A DNA stretch of 41,245 nucleotides from a virus (Duplodnaviria > Heunggongvirae > Uroviricota > Caudoviricetes), in the IMG/VR virus record IMGVR_UViG_2684622581_000003. One strand, given 5' to 3'. A program made the position numbers and the translations under genes. Positions 39,962 through 41,245 of this stretch are shown in pieces (within the stretch, counting starts at the first letter, position 1; each line of letters opens with the position of its first letter). The notes below the pieces were generated by a model. That model had not been told where the DNA came from, ran no database searches, and saw only the letters and a list, made by a program, of their open reading frames with translations.

Positions 39962-41245
39962 GTGAACACATTTTCAGTTTCCCGTCTGGCGCTGGCATTG
40001 GCTTTTGGCGTGACGCTGACCGCCTGTAGCTCAACCCCGCCCGATCAACGTCCTTCTGATCAAACCGCGCCTGGTACCTCTTCTCGCCCGATTCTGTCGG
40101 CAAAAGAAGCGCAGAATTTCGATGCTCAACACTATTTTGCATCCCTGACACCAGGTGCTGCAGCGTGGAATCCTTCCCCGATTACCCTGCCTGCGCAACC
40201 TGACTTTGTTGTCGGCCCGGCGGGCACTCAAGGTGTAACGCATACCACGATTCAGGCGGCGGTAGATGCGGCAATTATCAAGCGTACCAACAAGCGCCAG
40301 TATATTGCCGTGATGCCTGGTGAGTATCAGGGAACGGTATATGTCCCTGCCGCTCCGGGTGGAATTACTCTGTACGGTACAGGTGAAAAACCGATTGATG
40401 TGAAGATTGGGCTTTCCCTTGATGGTGGCATGAGCCCTGCCGACTGGCGTCACGACGTCAACCCGCGCGGCAAATATATGCCAGGTAAACCAGCGTGGTA
40501 TATGTACGATAGCTGCCAGAGCAAACGCAGCGACAGTATCGGTGTTCTCTGCTCTGCGGTCTTCTGGTCACAAAACAATGGCCTGCAACTGCAAAATCTG
40601 ACCATCGAAAACACGCTGGGCGATAGCGTAGATGCAGGTAACCATCCGGCGGTGGCACTGCGTACTGATGGTGACCAGGTACAGATTAACAACGTTAACA
40701 TTCTCGGTCGTCAGAACACCTTCTTTGTCACCAACAGCGGTGTGCAGAACCGTCTGGAAACCAACCGTCAGCCGCGTACGCTGGTGACCAACAGCTACAT
40801 TGAAGGGGATGTGGATATCGTTTCTGGTCGCGGCGCAGTGGTGTTCGATAACACCGAATTCCGCGTGGTGAACTCACGTACTCAGCAAGAAGCGTATGTG
40901 TTTGCACCGGCTACGCTGTCCAACATTTACTACGGTTTCCTCGCCGTAAACAGCCGTTTCAATGCTTTCGGTGATGGTGTGGCGCAACTGGGCCGCTCGC
41001 TGGATGTTGATGCCAATACCAACGGTCAGGTGGTGATCCGTGATAGCGCCATCAACGAAGGTTTTAACACGGCTAAACCGTGGGCCGATGCGGTGATCTC
41101 TAATCGTCCGTTTGCGGGTAATACCGGCAGCGTAGATGATAACGACGAAATACAGCGCAATCTGAATGACACTAACTACAACCGCATGTGGGAATACAAT
41201 AACCGCGGCGTGGGTAGTAAAGTGGTTGCAGAGGCGAAGAAGTAA
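39962..41245 (+). CDS. ybhC: YbhC, pectinesterase-like outer-membrane lipoprotein (host gene flanking attLambda on the gal side)
   Basis: 427-aa ORF with lipoprotein signal (LTACSS) recognised as E. coli YbhC; the first codon appears to be GTG. Confidence 0.9.
   Translation: MNTFSVSRLALALAFGVTLTACSSTPPDQRPSDQTAPGTSSRPILSAKEAQNFDAQHYFASLTPGAAAWNPSPITLPAQPDFVVGPAGTQGVTHTTIQAAVDAAIIKRTNKRQYIAVMPGEYQGTVYVPAAPGGITLYGTGEKPIDVKIGLSLDGGMSPADWRHDVNPRGKYMPGKPAWYMYDSCQSKRSDSIGVLCSAVFWSQNNGLQLQNLTIENTLGDSVDAGNHPAVALRTDGDQVQINNVNILGRQNTFFVTNSGVQNRLETNRQPRTLVTNSYIEGDVDIVSGRGAVVFDNTEFRVVNSRTQQEAYVFAPATLSNIYYGFLAVNSRFNAFGDGVAQLGRSLDVDANTNGQVVIRDSAINEGFNTAKPWADAVISNRPFAGNTGSVDDNDEIQRNLNDTNYNRMWEYNNRGVGSKVVAEAKK

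Overview
The window is the E. coli attLambda locus (ybhB at the left edge, ybhC at the right edge) occupied by a complete, about 39.3 kb mosaic lambdoid prophage. It is bounded by 15-bp direct repeats of the lambda att core (568-582 and 39901-39915). All protein identifications are by recall of known families from the translated ORFs, not by database search. The prophage combines lambda-type int/xis/att, N with nutL/nutR, a CI with a lambda-type C-terminal domain, nin-region genes and lambda S/R lysis genes with a P22-like replication module (iteron-containing initiator plus DnaB-like helicase), a P22-like Erf/Abc2 recombination region, and a complete P22-like podovirus morphogenesis operon in P22 gene order (small and large terminase, portal, scaffold, coat, gp4, gp10, tail needle, gp14, gp7, gp20, gp16, tailspike). 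Accessory cargo includes a low-GC O-antigen-type acyltransferase next to the tailspike, an orphan Mnt-like repressor, an orphan N6-adenine methyltransferase, and two unrecognised genes inserted immediately downstream of N in the slot where lambda carries ral/sieB. That last cassette is my best candidate for an undescribed exclusion or anti-defence function. No rRNA, tRNA, CRISPR array or IS element was found.
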